Below, piece after piece: positions 1-13,160 of a DNA stretch of 64,000 nt. The notes under the pieces are model-generated. The model had not been told where the DNA came from. It saw nothing but the letters and a program-made list of their open reading frames with translations, and did no database searches. The number at the start of each line of letters is the position of its first letter. Within the stretch, counting starts at the first letter, position 1. The stretch is from Camelus dromedarius (Eukaryota): the NCBI RefSeq assembly GCF_036321535.1, contig NC_087437.1:95296001-95360000 (forward strand). Direction: 5' to 3'. Position numbers and translations under genes: made by a program.

Positions 1-964
1 TTCATTGTTTCCATCAGAGAAATGAATTGCCTCATAATACCTGTATCGGTTTACAGTGTCTTGAGAACTCAATGAGAAAATACAGGTTAGATGCTGTTTT
101 AAATGGTGACGTCTCTATCATGTTAGTAATCGGTATTCTGGTTATTATTGTTGCCGGTATACCTGCCTAAAATGGAAACCTTGATGGAAAAGGAAAATGG
201 GAAACTGTGTGACCGCAGTTTCAGCTTTTCTGAATAAACAAGACCACATATGTATATTACAATAGAGTCAGCATTTTTTGGCTCATCTAAATTTCTATTT
301 ACATATGATTCACAACTGTAAGAAAATCAATTTCTACAGAATCACTACGATTATTTCCTGTAGGTGACTATTATGAGTAAGTAAAGTTTTTAGACTAATA
401 CTGATATTAAGAAACTAATTTGAATCCTGCACACACCCTTATTGTGAAATGCAGTCATCAACTGGGGATTCCACAGGAGAATTAAGCCCTGATGCCCTGC
501 GGCATCCACGATGTGTAATACGGTGACTTTCCCCGTGTGCATCTAGAACAGTTCTAGTTACAGAGAGTTCTTAGGGGAACTGGGAAATGCTGTGATTCAG
601 ATGAGGTATGCCAGTTGAGAGAGGCTGTTTCATCTTCCTAAGGAACATCCTGAACTTTTCCCAAAACTCATAAGTCTATTTAAATAATTACACATGCTCA
701 GCATGTTTGGGTGCTGAAACTAGGAAAAAGAAAGCCAGGCATTTCAGACCTACCTGCGAAGTCCAAGTACTCTTGTGAGAGGATTGCAATAAACTAAGGG
801 CTTCTCAATTCTAGTGCACAGATTAGTTTAGATGATAACATTCATCATAAACATAATTCTAGTGAGTATTTATTTGGGTGTTGCTCTAGCTTTCCATTAC
901 ATGTGTGTTAGATGTGCATTTAAAAGCTTGGGTACCAGGAGTTTGCAGTACCAAACTATGAGAG

Positions 965-1308
965 TCTTTGCTTATTCTGTTCCCTCTGCCTGGAATGTTT
1001 TGACACCTACACCCTCTTGGTTTGACTCACTCATTTTTAAGTTTCACCTTAAAGGCAACTTCTTCTGAGGAGCCTTCTGCAAAACCCTACTCTACACTTC
1101 CACGCTAGGTTTATCTTCCTGTTGTCTATTCCCTTTCCTTTTGCTAAGTGTCTCTCTTTTAATCTGTTGCAAATCATTAGTTATATATTACTCATCTAAT
1201 ATGCATAATGTCTTATGTATATTACATAAGGGCCAGCTGTATTCCCTGTGTCTGTCTAATGGTTGGAGCTCACTACATATTTCTTGGGGAAATATTAAAT
1301 GAATGAAA
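965..1308 (+). mobile_element. LINE L2 3' fragment (old)
   Basis: tgttccctctgcctggaatg ... aaatgaatgaa, typical L2 3' end motifs. Confidence 0.55.
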
Positions 1309-1621
1309 TATAAATCAGAATAATGTCTTCCAGCATACCTAGCACTGAAAAGTTGCTGTTTTGAACATACCTGATATTATTTCCATATGCACTTATATAT
1401 TCATTTTCTTATTCCCCTATAAATTGAGAAGGAGGTATCATCCACACCATTTTCCTAAAGTATGTATTTTCGTTGGCTTAACAGTAAGAGAAGGAGGAGC
1501 TATTACCCAGGTTAATTATGTGAGTAAATATAGTTCTCTAAGTGTGACTTACAGGTATTCACAGAATCTTAGAGATGGAGCTGATTTGAGAGATTGTAAA
1601 TGGGCAAGCCCTTTCACTTTT

Positions 1622-1728
1622 TGTTTTAATTGAAGTACAGTCAGTTACAATGTGTCCATTTCTGGCACATAGAAATGCCCAGTCATGCATATATATATAC
1701 ATATATTCGTTTTTATATTCTTTTTCAT
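1622..1728 (-). mobile_element. L1 3'-terminal fragment (about 107 bp) with target-site duplication
   Basis: ttgaagtacagtcagttacaatgtgt L1 tail; TSD gccctttcactttt (1608-1621) and gccccttcactttt (1729-1742) followed by aa. Confidence 0.8.
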
Positions 1729-4700
1729 GCCCCTTCACTTTTAAGAAGAAAAGGGAAGGCAGGGGAGTTGATTTTCCCTGAGTCATCTACTGGATCTGTG
1801 TTGTGAGTCAGAAGTAAGACCCAGACCACTCAATGCCTGGTCTGATTTTTCCCATGACAATCTAATCAAATCTTCTCAACACTTAAATTTGATTAAGATG
1901 TTTCCTAACAAAAAATCCATAAGTAAAAGTGTTTTGCTCAATACATTTCATGCAATTTTGCTACTTGTTTCGAGTCCTAAATTCTATTTCTTATCTTAGT
2001 ACCAGTTATGGAAGATATTATTTTCAATGATTTCCATGCTTATTTATCTATTAGGTACAAACACGGTCTTGTGTCAATTTGATTAATAATTCTGTACACA
2101 TTTTTGCTTTACCAAGTATGTTGTTAGGAAGATATCTAAATTCATCTTAAGTGATTGAGTCTTAGAGTTTTCCTCTGGATCATATCCAAAAATAAAAATA
2201 AATTACAGTCATTTAAACAGCAAGTTAAACTTAATTTATGGCCATCTTGGGAAAGCCTCTGATGTCTGAAGCTCCTTTTTGAAATTGCATTAATAACTAG
2301 ACCTTGGTCAAATCCTTTAATTGTTGAAAATATTCCATGAGTATTTATTAGGGTCATAATGAGAATCAAACCAGAGTAGTGATTATTTAGTGGATAAAAC
2401 AAAAATAATACTAATAAAATACTGGAGTATATCCTGTTTTCATCAGATTTTTTAGGTATACATCAAATATGTGAGTCTCCTTTGTGACATACACTTTTAA
2501 GGGCTCTGTAGTCTACATGCCCATATTCATCTGGGTTTCTTGAGACACCTAGTTGTAATTCCTAATAAAATCCTTAAAAATCCATGTAAAATGACTCAAG
2601 TACTACAGAGAGGGGGCAAGTACATTTGGATGCAGAGATAAGGTGGCAGAGGCTAAGGAGGGCCAGATGAAATATTTTCTAGTTTAGCAAATAATCTTTG
2701 GTGACTTCAGGAAACAATATACTCTAAGATTTCAAAGTTTCCTCTAAGAAGTGTAATGAACTTCCATATGAGTCAAAGTCCCAACTCCCAATGTATGTGA
2801 AAAATCAGAATACTCTTGAACAGTTTTGGTGTCGTATAATGTTGATTTTTTTTTTTAAATCCTGCTTTGTGCTGCATATTGATTGTCAATACTCTTTTAA
2901 ATCTCTTGAGATGATTCTCACCTTCTGAATTTTTTGTTTCCAAGTAGGCTTTCTCAACAACAGTTCTGAATAATTTTTCCTAGATCGAGTCCCACCCAAA
3001 ATGTTAGTTTCAGCCAAAGCGACATTCGAAGACATAGAGGAGTACCTAGTAGATCTGCCTAGCCGCCTTCAGTATGGAATTCCACCAACTCCTGGAATTC
3101 CCTGGGTCAAACCCTGATGTGATGCTCGCTGCTGCTCAGCAGCCGTGACCCCTGGTCCAGGTAGATCTTCCAGAAAGCAGAAAGTGTCTCAGAAATTTGA
3201 GTAATTAGCTTAAAAAAGTTATAGCTCATAACTCGATGTCATTATCAATACAGTCTACCACCAGAAGTGTTATAACGCTACAGAACGAACACCCATGGTC
3301 AGAGACAGAGCCCGCAGAAGGAATTTCAAACTAGCCTGATGCCCTAACTTAGATAGCTGACTTACGAACGTTGTTGTCCCCTGGTAACGCACGCTCACTC
3401 AAGCAGCTGTGTTTTTTTCACTTTCCAAGCACTTTGATATATTTGATCAAGCCATTACATTTCTCCAAATAACCAAGGACTAGTGGAATTTTACTACTGT
3501 CTGGGAGCACTTTGTTTAATTATAGGTTAAAGTAGTTTGCCAAATTAAAGGTACAATCTTTTGTGGTTTCAAGGATGCTGTTCTAACCAGTTTATTTTAT
3601 TTTCAGTGCTCTATTAATCACAGATGAAATGTTTCTCTAAAGATATAGTTTTAACATTTATCTTAAAACGTTGCTTATAAATCTTGCCTATATATCAGAA
3701 TACTTCTAGGTAAATTCTCTGGTTTAAAAAATTTGACTTTTCTGAATGCTTGTAATTTTGGCATTTGCTCATGATGGCCCAGACATAATTTTATTTTTCT
3801 GTTTACCACAGGAAGAATAAATTATAATCTTTAAAAAAAAAGTAGTAAATTCAAAAGTGCTCTTGATTATACAGCATTCTTTCCTTAAAATACTGTTCAA
3901 AAGGGAAAAATCAAAGAAATTATTTTAAGCCTTTAAATTTTAAATTACTTTTAATCGGAGCAAAGGAGTTGGGATTTCTTTTTCATTATTTATAATTGGC
4001 TAAAATCGGTTTTATCTACTTCTCCATCTTGTTCATATTGTCACTTTTAAAGACACCCTCCCAAAAAATAATCCCAAATCTTATGCTGGGGCTGATGTGT
4101 TCTAATCTAATGCTGACTGCATTCCTTTTGTTTAAAGACTAGTTGCTTTAAAAGTACTAAACCTCTATTGGTAACATCTGACCACTTCAATTTTTATCTC
4201 CTTAAGCCTGAAGAATTTGATAATATGATAAATCATACACTTGTAAAATAATCCAATGTGCATTAACACAATTACTAACAGATGGCACAGGTTTTTTATT
4301 CTTAAATCTTACAAATCTAGGAATCACCAAGCTTAAAAGGCTGATCACACTAGAAACAGGCTCATGGTTGAGTCACCGTTCAGAGCATCATCTTGTGTGG
4401 GAAAATTTCAAAAGCAGTTGAATGCAATCTGTATAATACTGGTTGAAAATAATGGAACTCTGTCTCCTTGAGTGGATAAAGTGTAATTTGCTAAGGAATC
4501 CATTATTTCTTATCTCTTTGCCTTTTAACATTCATGGTGTCGCTCTTCCCTTATCTAGATAGATCACATCACCATATTGCTTCATGCATCATGCTTATAA
4601 AAAATCATGTCAGATTTTCTCATCTTTATTAGGAAAGATTACAAATATTCTGTTCAAATTTTAAATATGTCATAGTAATAAGTACATGTATATATGGGAA

Positions 4701-5089
4701 AAGAAGAGCCATTCCTCCGTTAGAGGAACTAATGTAAGCTATTTACCTAGCTAGATCTCTCCTGCAAAGAACACAGGCGTAGGTGAAGCGTAAACATGCA
4801 TGTCTTTTTCCACTGGCAGCTAGATGGATTAATGGCAATTAGGTTGGCTATCCCAATCACTCAGGCTTAAATATGGGATGTAATGGAAGGAAGGCCATCA
4901 ATCTAATGCACTCAGGGAGGTCCACCACTAGTACCTAGTTCTTTGCCAAGCCATTGGGTCTCAAAATCTGTACATTTGCAAGATATTGCTAATTTGTAGT
5001 TCGTGGCATGAGAAGCACAGAAAATACGAGCTCTTGTTTTCTGTCCAAAAGAAAGTGCACTGTGTAAGCTTTACTTGGGATTTATGCAG

Positions 5090-5260
5090 AATGAGCTCCA
5101 ATCCCCTTACCAAATGATCTGGAGCAAGTTTCTGACATTCTGTGAGCACTAGTTTTCTCATCCCCAAATAGAAAAATATACCTCACCTGTGAGACTATTG
5201 TAAAAATGAAAGGTGATGCATGCAGCAACGTCAGGTACCTGGCCCATGTTCCTACATCAT
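5090..5260 (+). mobile_element. MIR SINE fragment
   Basis: gcaagtttctgacattctgtgagcactagttttctcatccccaaatagaaaaata resembles the MIR core. Confidence 0.55.
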
Positions 5261-8200
5261 GATTCTCATTCATCACAACAATAATAATATCCCAGATTAT
5301 TGTTTAAATGCAGTAGTACATTTGTGAAATTTACTACAGGTTCATGATGTATTTTTCATGTGTTTGTGGAGAAAACTGTCACAAAGATTTTACATTTAGG
5401 ACATGATTTTTTTCAGGTATTCAGTCTTTCCAATTGTTAAGTCATTTAAAACTAATACTGAAACACCAGCAAATTTAAATTTATTTGCTGCTTTGGTATG
5501 AAGTCATCGGAATTTGACTTTGTCTTCTACAAGGCAATAGAAGAGTGTACTTCTAATATAAATTCTAAAATATTAAGCCTTTTTATGAGGAGAGGGTGAC
5601 TGAAATCAAAGAATTCTTTGTATCCTATTTCTCAGATCTTGAAAAATCTGGTAGCATGCGTTCTGTGTAGGTGTTGGCGCTGGATCCTAGAGATATGACA
5701 AACTCCTTGCCATCATAGAACTTGCATTTTATATAAGAGAAGCAGGAAACATAGGATCAAGTTTTTTGTTTGTTTGTTTTTGTTTTTGGGTTGACTTTAC
5801 TTTGCTCCTTAATCTCCCCAGTGACGTTAACGCCAGAACCTTTCCCACCACTTAATGCTGAAAACTCCTACTTAGATTTGTATGGAAGCAACTGAGGATT
5901 CACAAAATTCTGAATTTGAACTTACAGTTCAAACCTTGTAACTTACAGCCTTAGGGTTGGGAGCAATCCAAAACACTGAGACCCGTCACGCCATGAATAC
6001 TTTTTGCACTGCATTTCTGTTCAGTTTGTTTTTGTCTTGACTGTGGAACAGAACTATTGCTGAGAAAGATTATCACAAACCAGTATCATTTCAAACAATT
6101 TTTGAAGTACTCTTCAGATAGACATTTTCTCTTTTATTTTGCTTTCACAGATAACTATAGAAATATAAGGGGCAGAATACATTTATTTTTATTTCTTATT
6201 TGTCCTCAAGGTAACCATCAGTTCTCAAGAAACAGTAAGAAGTACATGTGGGTAATTCTGGAGGTTAAGATAACCCACCAAAAAGAGTTCCTTTAAGCCT
6301 TAGTTAGACCTTTCTTTCCAAGATTTTATTTTCTTCCTCATGTGTGTAAATTACCCTACTTGCTTTCTCTTAAGTTGTACGTGGATGTATTTTCATTTGT
6401 TTCAACATACGTGCAGTGGTGGTTGAGAGGGGGTTCTTGTCTTTTATCTTATTGTGTGTCTCATAAAATGAGGCACACATTTGCCAAACAAGTGAGCTAG
6501 GTCCCGGCGTAGTCTTGTGATCAATAAAAGAGAATGAAGCAACGGGCCAAATGGATATTGAATCTCTGACCCTGTCTGTTGAGCCCTGACTCTGATTAAT
6601 CAATTAAGCTTGTCACTTGCAAGTCTCTTCTTGTTCTCCTTTGACTCTTCTAGATTAAAATACCACAGAGCAGGAATAAGTGTTTATTTCAATTTGTAGC
6701 GACTTTAGGGGTCTTCCTACTTATATAGAATCTTCATTAACAGTATTAAACACTTTTGTTGCTTTTTTTATTTGTGCAGATTACAAATATATTGCCATAA
6801 AGCAATTTTCCTTACTTAATTTTCATAAAGTCATTCTGCATTTCTGAATCCAAGAATCCCTTACATACTCAACTTTGGTTTGACTTTGTCTGCCATGGTT
6901 ATATGTCTTCTTCATACTACAAGTGAATTTAAATTTCAAGAATAACAAAATACAGTCTCTGGAAAAGGCATTATCTTCGCAAGGAACTTGGTGGTGAGGG
7001 AAATTCTCACACCAGACCAAAACTGTAGAAGAAAACTAAGCATAAGAACCCGTGGTGAGAAAAAGGATTTACTGTTTGAAAAGTATTTTCAGCTGGTGCA
7101 TTTGTAACTCAAAAGAGCCAAGTGTTTGAAAATGAGCTTTTCTCCCCTCAAATATGATGAGCATTTGTCATCTTTATTTCTAGAGTATAGTCATAATTCC
7201 TCCATAGATTTTTATTTCAGGCTATCCTAACAGTGGCTATATGTAAATTCAGAATTATAGACAGATGGTTGGAAGAGGTGATAAAAAGCAATCCTGGTTT
7301 CGTAGGAAAGTGAAAATTGCCCATAAGACTTTGTTTTTACCTTTAAAACAGCAGGACATTGTTTCATGAGACCTGTGAAGGAACTAATACATTAACTTTA
7401 ATGGCTCTGAACTAAATTAATTTTTCATATGCATGCAGAGTACTACCATGGAATATGTAGAATTTGCAGAGGTAAAAATCAATCACCTTACTTATTTGGG
7501 GGAAGAGCTAGCCAACGCTCTTTTCTTCCAGAACCACTCTTTATATTGCCTCTTTTTTGTAGGATTCACTTTGGGGTTCTGATCTTAATGACTTAGGAAC
7601 CAGACACCTGGGGAATCAGCTAAAAGCCTCCCTGTTTCATCTGCTCTCCATTTCACCAGCACTCAGCAGTTGTCTGGCCCTGGTTTGGAGTACAATAAAT
7701 TAGAGGTGGCTTTCCCGGTTGACTGGCTTAAGAAATTGGGCATGCAAGAGAAAATGCCAAACCCAAGTCTTCAGACTGCCTTGGAGCCACACTTACCCAA
7801 GGAAAATAGGTGTGTTTTAATGAGACTGTGTGTTTTTTGGACTATTTCTTGTTAAAACTAGGATTCATGGAAAGTTCCTCTAGTGATACAAACTAGATAG
7901 AGAAAGGTAGTCATTTATACCTTCATGAAGAAAATCATCCTCTCTCTTTAACTTAACGTCCTCTCTCTGCAGGGTGGCTCCCACTTGTCTGCAATTAGCA
8001 ATTCTGCTCTTCCCGATGTAGTCTGTAATCAAATTATCATAGGTGTGCTTCTGCAGCAGCAAACAGCCAACTATCAATTTATAAACTGCTATGAGGAAGA
8101 AACGAGAAGTTTAGCAGGAGAAATGAACATAACAGAGAAATGCAGCTGCCATAGTCCTCGGCAGCAATTCGCCCAGGCCTGTGTTCTCAGCTGGCAGCTC

Positions 8201-8421
8201 ACCAGGCTGTGTAGAGAGCCACGTGTTCCCACTGGGATAATTGCTTTTTCTGCATGAGTCTCTTGTTGCTTCTCTCTGATGATCGAGTGTATTTAAACTC
8301 CTGGCAGAAATCATGTTGGTTTTTAAATGGTTTTGTAAAGTGTACCAGCAAACAAATGAAATTGGATCACGTTCTCTTGTATGCATGGAGCCCAAGCAAA
8401 TATCGAACGCCAATGGAGAGA

Positions 8422-8487
8422 TTCTAATTGCCTGTTTTTCCTCTCTATTCCACTCCTAAGAGAACAGTTGAAAAACCTACAGTAAGT
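8422..8487 (+). other. Candidate 21-nt in-frame microexon (8461-8481) with branch point, polypyrimidine tract and gtaagt donor
   Basis: ttctaat, tgc, ctgtttttcctctctattccactcct, aag|AGAACAGTTGAAAAACCTACA|gtaagt. Confidence 0.35.
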
Positions 8488-8988
8488 TAAGTTTTCCTCC
8501 TTGTAATGTTGTCCCTTTTAACGTCACCAGGGAAAATGCAGAATGGTCATTTGTTTTCAATTTGTCAGTTTCATATTTCCTTACACTGTATATGTCCTTA
8601 CCCAGGCATCCTTTTGTTGTACAAGATTTTTTGTGTGCAAATCTCATGAACATCAAGTAGGCTGTAAAGAGGAAGGAGGCTTTACATAAGAATGGACAAA
8701 TAAGTGGATTAGTAACATTCAGGTGAAAATATTTTACAATGTGTGTGATTGAAATCTAACTAATTCTTTTTTTATAATCTATAGTTTAAAAGTGTAAATA
8801 TTAGCATACAATCTTTTTTTCTTAGTTTAACCCATCTGTAGGGTAGAGTCGCTCTCATTCCGTCATAAGTCCGTATTGAACTAGTCATGGGTACATGGCA
8901 GCTTTGCCTTACAGCCTTTGGATGGCCAGCATGAAACCAGATCACATCTCATCAAGAGACCTGAGTGGGAGATATATAAAACAATGCA

Positions 8989-9105
8989 TTTCTTCTCCTT
9001 CCTTTTCTTCCTCCTTCCCCCTTCTCCTGTTTTCCCTCCTCCTCTTCCTCCTTCTTTTCTCTCAATCTCTCCCTCTGTCTCTCTCTCTCTTTCTCTCTCT
9101 CTCAG
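8989..9105. repeat. Polypyrimidine and (CT)n low-complexity tract
   Basis: About 115 nt almost purely C/T, ending in (CT)n and cag. Confidence 0.9.
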
Positions 9106-12100
9106 AATCTGTGAACCAGAATGAAATAAGAATAGGGAGAATTGAAAATTTTTGGCAAATGAATTGAGAGACAGTAGCCTTTATGAAAAGCAGAAAGGAA
9201 ATAAACTTTGTTAGCCAGGAAGAACTGTGATGTTGCTAATCCTGGTTTAGTTTTATAGATTTATCTAAAATAAAACTTATGTTAGAGACTTTAGTATGAA
9301 TTCATATTGTTAAAAATACATGATGTCATTTTAAAAACATTTTTGTGTGATAAGATTAGTACAAATAAATAGAATAAAGATTAAGTTCTTGAAACTTCTT
9401 ATACTTAGGAAAAGTGTGGATTATTGCTAGAGTAGTAGATATAAATTGTTTTATATCAATGGTTTTTTATAGCAGAGATTTTTGAAAAATTTAAATTTTT
9501 ATCTGATTACTAACTCCGTTAAAACTTAGGTGCCAAAGAGTGAAACAAGAGAATTATGAATTTTTATAGTCAGAAATATGAAGTACCTACATATGATATT
9601 AAACCATAACTAGTAAAAACATGAAACTAATTCTAGACATAGTTTCTTTATCAACTGTTCTTATTGAACTGAATTGTTCTTACCTGGGACTGTAAGAAAC
9701 ATTGCCAAGCAAGAACTACTGTAGTTTCTTTGATATTGTGTAAGATCTGAATTACATGAATTATCTTTTACTTTCTTAGAATTTTTTTTAGATTGCCATG
9801 AGACATGTATTTTATCCAATCCTTTGCCTATCATTTGTACAAGATAATTACATTACCACCAGTGTTTTTGCTTAATTTAGAATGCAATCAAGCATAATTG
9901 TTTTTGAAAGGTCCAGAAGTCTATGTTAGAGGGCATGGATGCTTCAATTTGAATTGTTTACGTTAAAGGTTGATACCACTCTTGCAGCCAGGTTGGAAAG
10001 TAACGGGTATCTTTCCACTTCCTCCCACTCTCTTTTCCTTGATCAAATAAGATATCTTTTTTCAGTTTGTTTTTGTTGTTACTGTTTTAATGCTAAATGT
10101 TAAAGAAAGAAAAGCTGTTACTGTGACTCTTCTTTACATGTCTCTGTTGAAAGGAGCCCTTGGGGACCATTCAAAACTGCCCTGCCACTGGGTTCACCAG
10201 GGAGAATGTCTAGGGGCTCTGACTAGCCATCTGGGGTACCTGCATCTCATGGTCATTAAGAAGTCTTAAACCCGTGCAAAGTACTTCTCCAGATCACAAC
10301 AGCTTGGTATCTGTTCTGTAGGTCAAAGATCCAGGCAGAATTGACAGCACTGCTAGGAAGAGATATTCTGCCCAAAGTGACTTCATAGTGACTTGTTTAA
10401 GGAAAATACACTAGATTATAATTCAAAACCTCTTGTCTCATTTACTTTGCAGAGCAGTATGAAAACAGTGGTCAAAAAGAAAAATCAAGCTTTTCAAGAA
10501 AAAAAAAATTCTAAACCTGGATGCTTTAAAAATTTCACTCCTATTAACCCTGCTAATTAAGCCTTTACTACTATCCATGAATGTTTGTGAGCCTTTAATC
10601 TTTTAGAAAATTGTAAAAATTAAGTACTGCACAATTTCTCATTGGTATAATGACACCTATGTGTGTGTCTTATGTATATTATTTAAACATATTTCTCTTT
10701 TAACATTCTAAATTAGTGTGTTTCTATCCATTGTTAGGATGTATTATAAAAATGGAATTGATAGTAAGAAACACAGACTTTCAATGCAAAATCTATTAAA
10801 GGAAATGAGATAAATTATATGACAGTTTGGTGGTTAGCAATTTGAAATCATCTTTGAAGCCCTTAATATAATTAGTGGTTTCGTTTTTGGTCTGCTGAAT
10901 TCAAGTCACATTAGGTTAATGTAATTAAAAGCAGAAAAGATTTTGTGTAGCCAAACTAGTTAATTAGCCCCAGTTGGTTTAGTATCCTAACCTAGAGGTG
11001 TATGGATAACATTGTGGGGGTGATGCCTGGAAAAAAAAAAAAAAGTCCTGTGTAATAGATACTGCAACTCATCTGACTTGCTTTAAGGTAGAAAATGAAG
11101 ACATGCCAAGGAGTTCATTTTAAGTTCATCTTTATTTCTGATTTTTAAGGACTGATTGCAGGGTAAGTTGTTTATGCCATAGAATAAACAGACAAAAAGC
11201 TTACTTACTTTACTTTTTAAAAAGAAAGCACGATTCTATGTGTGCAAAGGTAATTTTCCTTCTTTATGCTAAAAATAAGAATTCTGACTAGTTTTTTTCA
11301 TGCTTGCCAGAAATATGAAATGATTGTCTTCACTTTTGGTTGAGAAGCTACATCTTATACCTGATTTTTCTGTTATCTTTTTACTCAGTAAACAATACAA
11401 TAAAGGAGATGAAAGCATTCTAGAAGAGATTTTCAACTACTTCAGAGACGTCTTTAAGTATTAGGGGAGAAGCCTTTTTACCCCTCAGGAAAATAATCAT
11501 TTATAGTTTCTTAAAGTGAAAATACTGGTATATGAGGGTCCTGTATATCAAATACATTGCAGTATTCCGTACTTTAATGTCACTGAAACACTTTAAAAAA
11601 AAAAATCTGAGACTGTTTTGAAGAAAAATAAAAAGTGTAAAGAAAGATATTTGAAGAAACTTTCAGATTTTTACCACGTTCTCCTTTCTCCTCCTCTGTC
11701 TCCTTCCCAAAAAGGAGCAACACCAGTGGGACCTTTTTCTGTTATGTTTTCATCAAGTATGTAGATAGCTGGGACCCCCCTTTAAGCACTATCTAGAGCT
11801 TATGGAAATGTGGGCTTCTGACTGTGGGCTGGTGAGGTGGATGGTAATGAGGAAGTGGGACCTCTGCCTTGGATTTCTGACATAGGCTAGATGCCAGCAT
11901 ATTGTCTGGAAGTTTAACATGTCGTGCTTCTCCACTACCTGGCAGTGCAGTGTTTAACGTTGTGTCTGTTCGTTACAGAAACTCGTTTTTGATAGGTTTA
12001 CAATTTGGCTGTCAGATTCAGCTGCAGGAAGAGACCTGCCAAGAAATATTTCTTAGCTTGTTTTAAATACTGCTGTTTTCACATTTATAGTGTTTTGTAT

Positions 12101-12751
12101 GTGTTAGGCATATTTTTCCTTTCTGTGGGGAGAGAGGAAATGTCAATTATGGGTTTACAAAGGGGCACGAAGATTTAGAATGTATAAAGTCACCCTTTAC
12201 AATCAATATTTTTATATGACTCAGCATAAAATGGTGATTGTTAATAGTAGGTACTGCTTTAAAGCTGGTGTGTTATATTTGATCAGGGTTATAGCACTAG
12301 GATTTTTCTGTTCTTTGGTTTATTGAAAAGAACAGGCCACCACGTAGTCCACTTTGTGACCATAGAGAACAGAATTATGGCTTTTGGTTGGCTCTATTTC
12401 AGTTCAGCCATTGACATAATGCCAAAAGCAATTTGAACTTATAGAAACTGAAGACAACCATTTTCATCCATTATTTTTTGTATTTCTCTGTTTGCTGTAC
12501 TTTTCTTGTTTCTTCCTTCACTTTTGTCAATTTCTGTCACTATCATCCTCAGAGGAAATAAGTTTCTCCCAGGTTTGCTGAGACTTGTTTAGTTTTACAT
12601 TAAAGTTGTAACTCCCACTTGGGGATCTTTAACCATTATTACCAGTGAGTTTGGAGTGGAACGTAGTGTTTTATAATGAAATTGTCTTATTAATGGTGTG
12701 GAAGTTGAGTGAGGGTATTTATACTAATCTGGGGAGTCTTAGCAATGATTT

Positions 12752-12969
12752 TTAATTTTTTTTTTGAATTGTAGTTGATTTACAATGTTAGTTTCAGGTG
12801 TACAGCAAAGTGGTTCAGTTATACATGTCCATACATATATTTTTTTCAGATTCTTTTCCATTATAGTATATTGTAAGAAACTGAATATAGTTCCTTGTGC
12901 TACACAGTAGGTCCTTGTTGTTTATCTATTTTGTATATAGTAATGTGTATCTCTTAATCCCAAACTCCT
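12752..12969 (-). mobile_element. L1 3' end (artiodactyl-type)
   Basis: poly-T, gtagttgatttacaatgttagtttcaggtgtacagcaaagtg ... taatcccaaactcc; aatgatt on both flanks. Confidence 0.8.
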
Positions 12970-13072
12970 AATGATTGTTTTTTAATAGAGTGTTTGTGGT
13001 ATTACCTAATTTTAACCCCTCCTTCCTTTTGTCATTTTAATCCAGCATTTATCCTTAGGCCAGGTCTTTAGA

Positions 13073-13160
13073 ACAAAGTTTCTCAGCCACAGCATTATTG
13101 ACATTTTGGGTGTGATAATTCTTTATTGTGGAAGAATCCTCTCTGCATTTTAGGATATTA
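13073..13160. mobile_element. MER20 (hAT-Charlie) fragment
   Basis: ttctcagccacagcattattgacattttgggtgtgataattctttattgtgg; similar to the copy at 32513. Confidence 0.65.

Noticed and set aside
364..382. cctgtag|GTGACTATTATGA|gtaagt possible 13-nt exon
   Set aside because: Frameshifting, weak exon-side donor bases, short pyrimidine tract
5405..5422. tttttcag|gtattc possible recursive splice site (also cattttcag|gtaaac at about 57419)
   Set aside because: Reconstituted donors are weak relative to AG|GTAAG; the second lies within an L3 relic
11150..11168. ttttaag|GACTGATTGCAGG|gtaagt possible 13-nt exon
   Set aside because: Not a multiple of 3, immediate stop, no other support; plausible by chance
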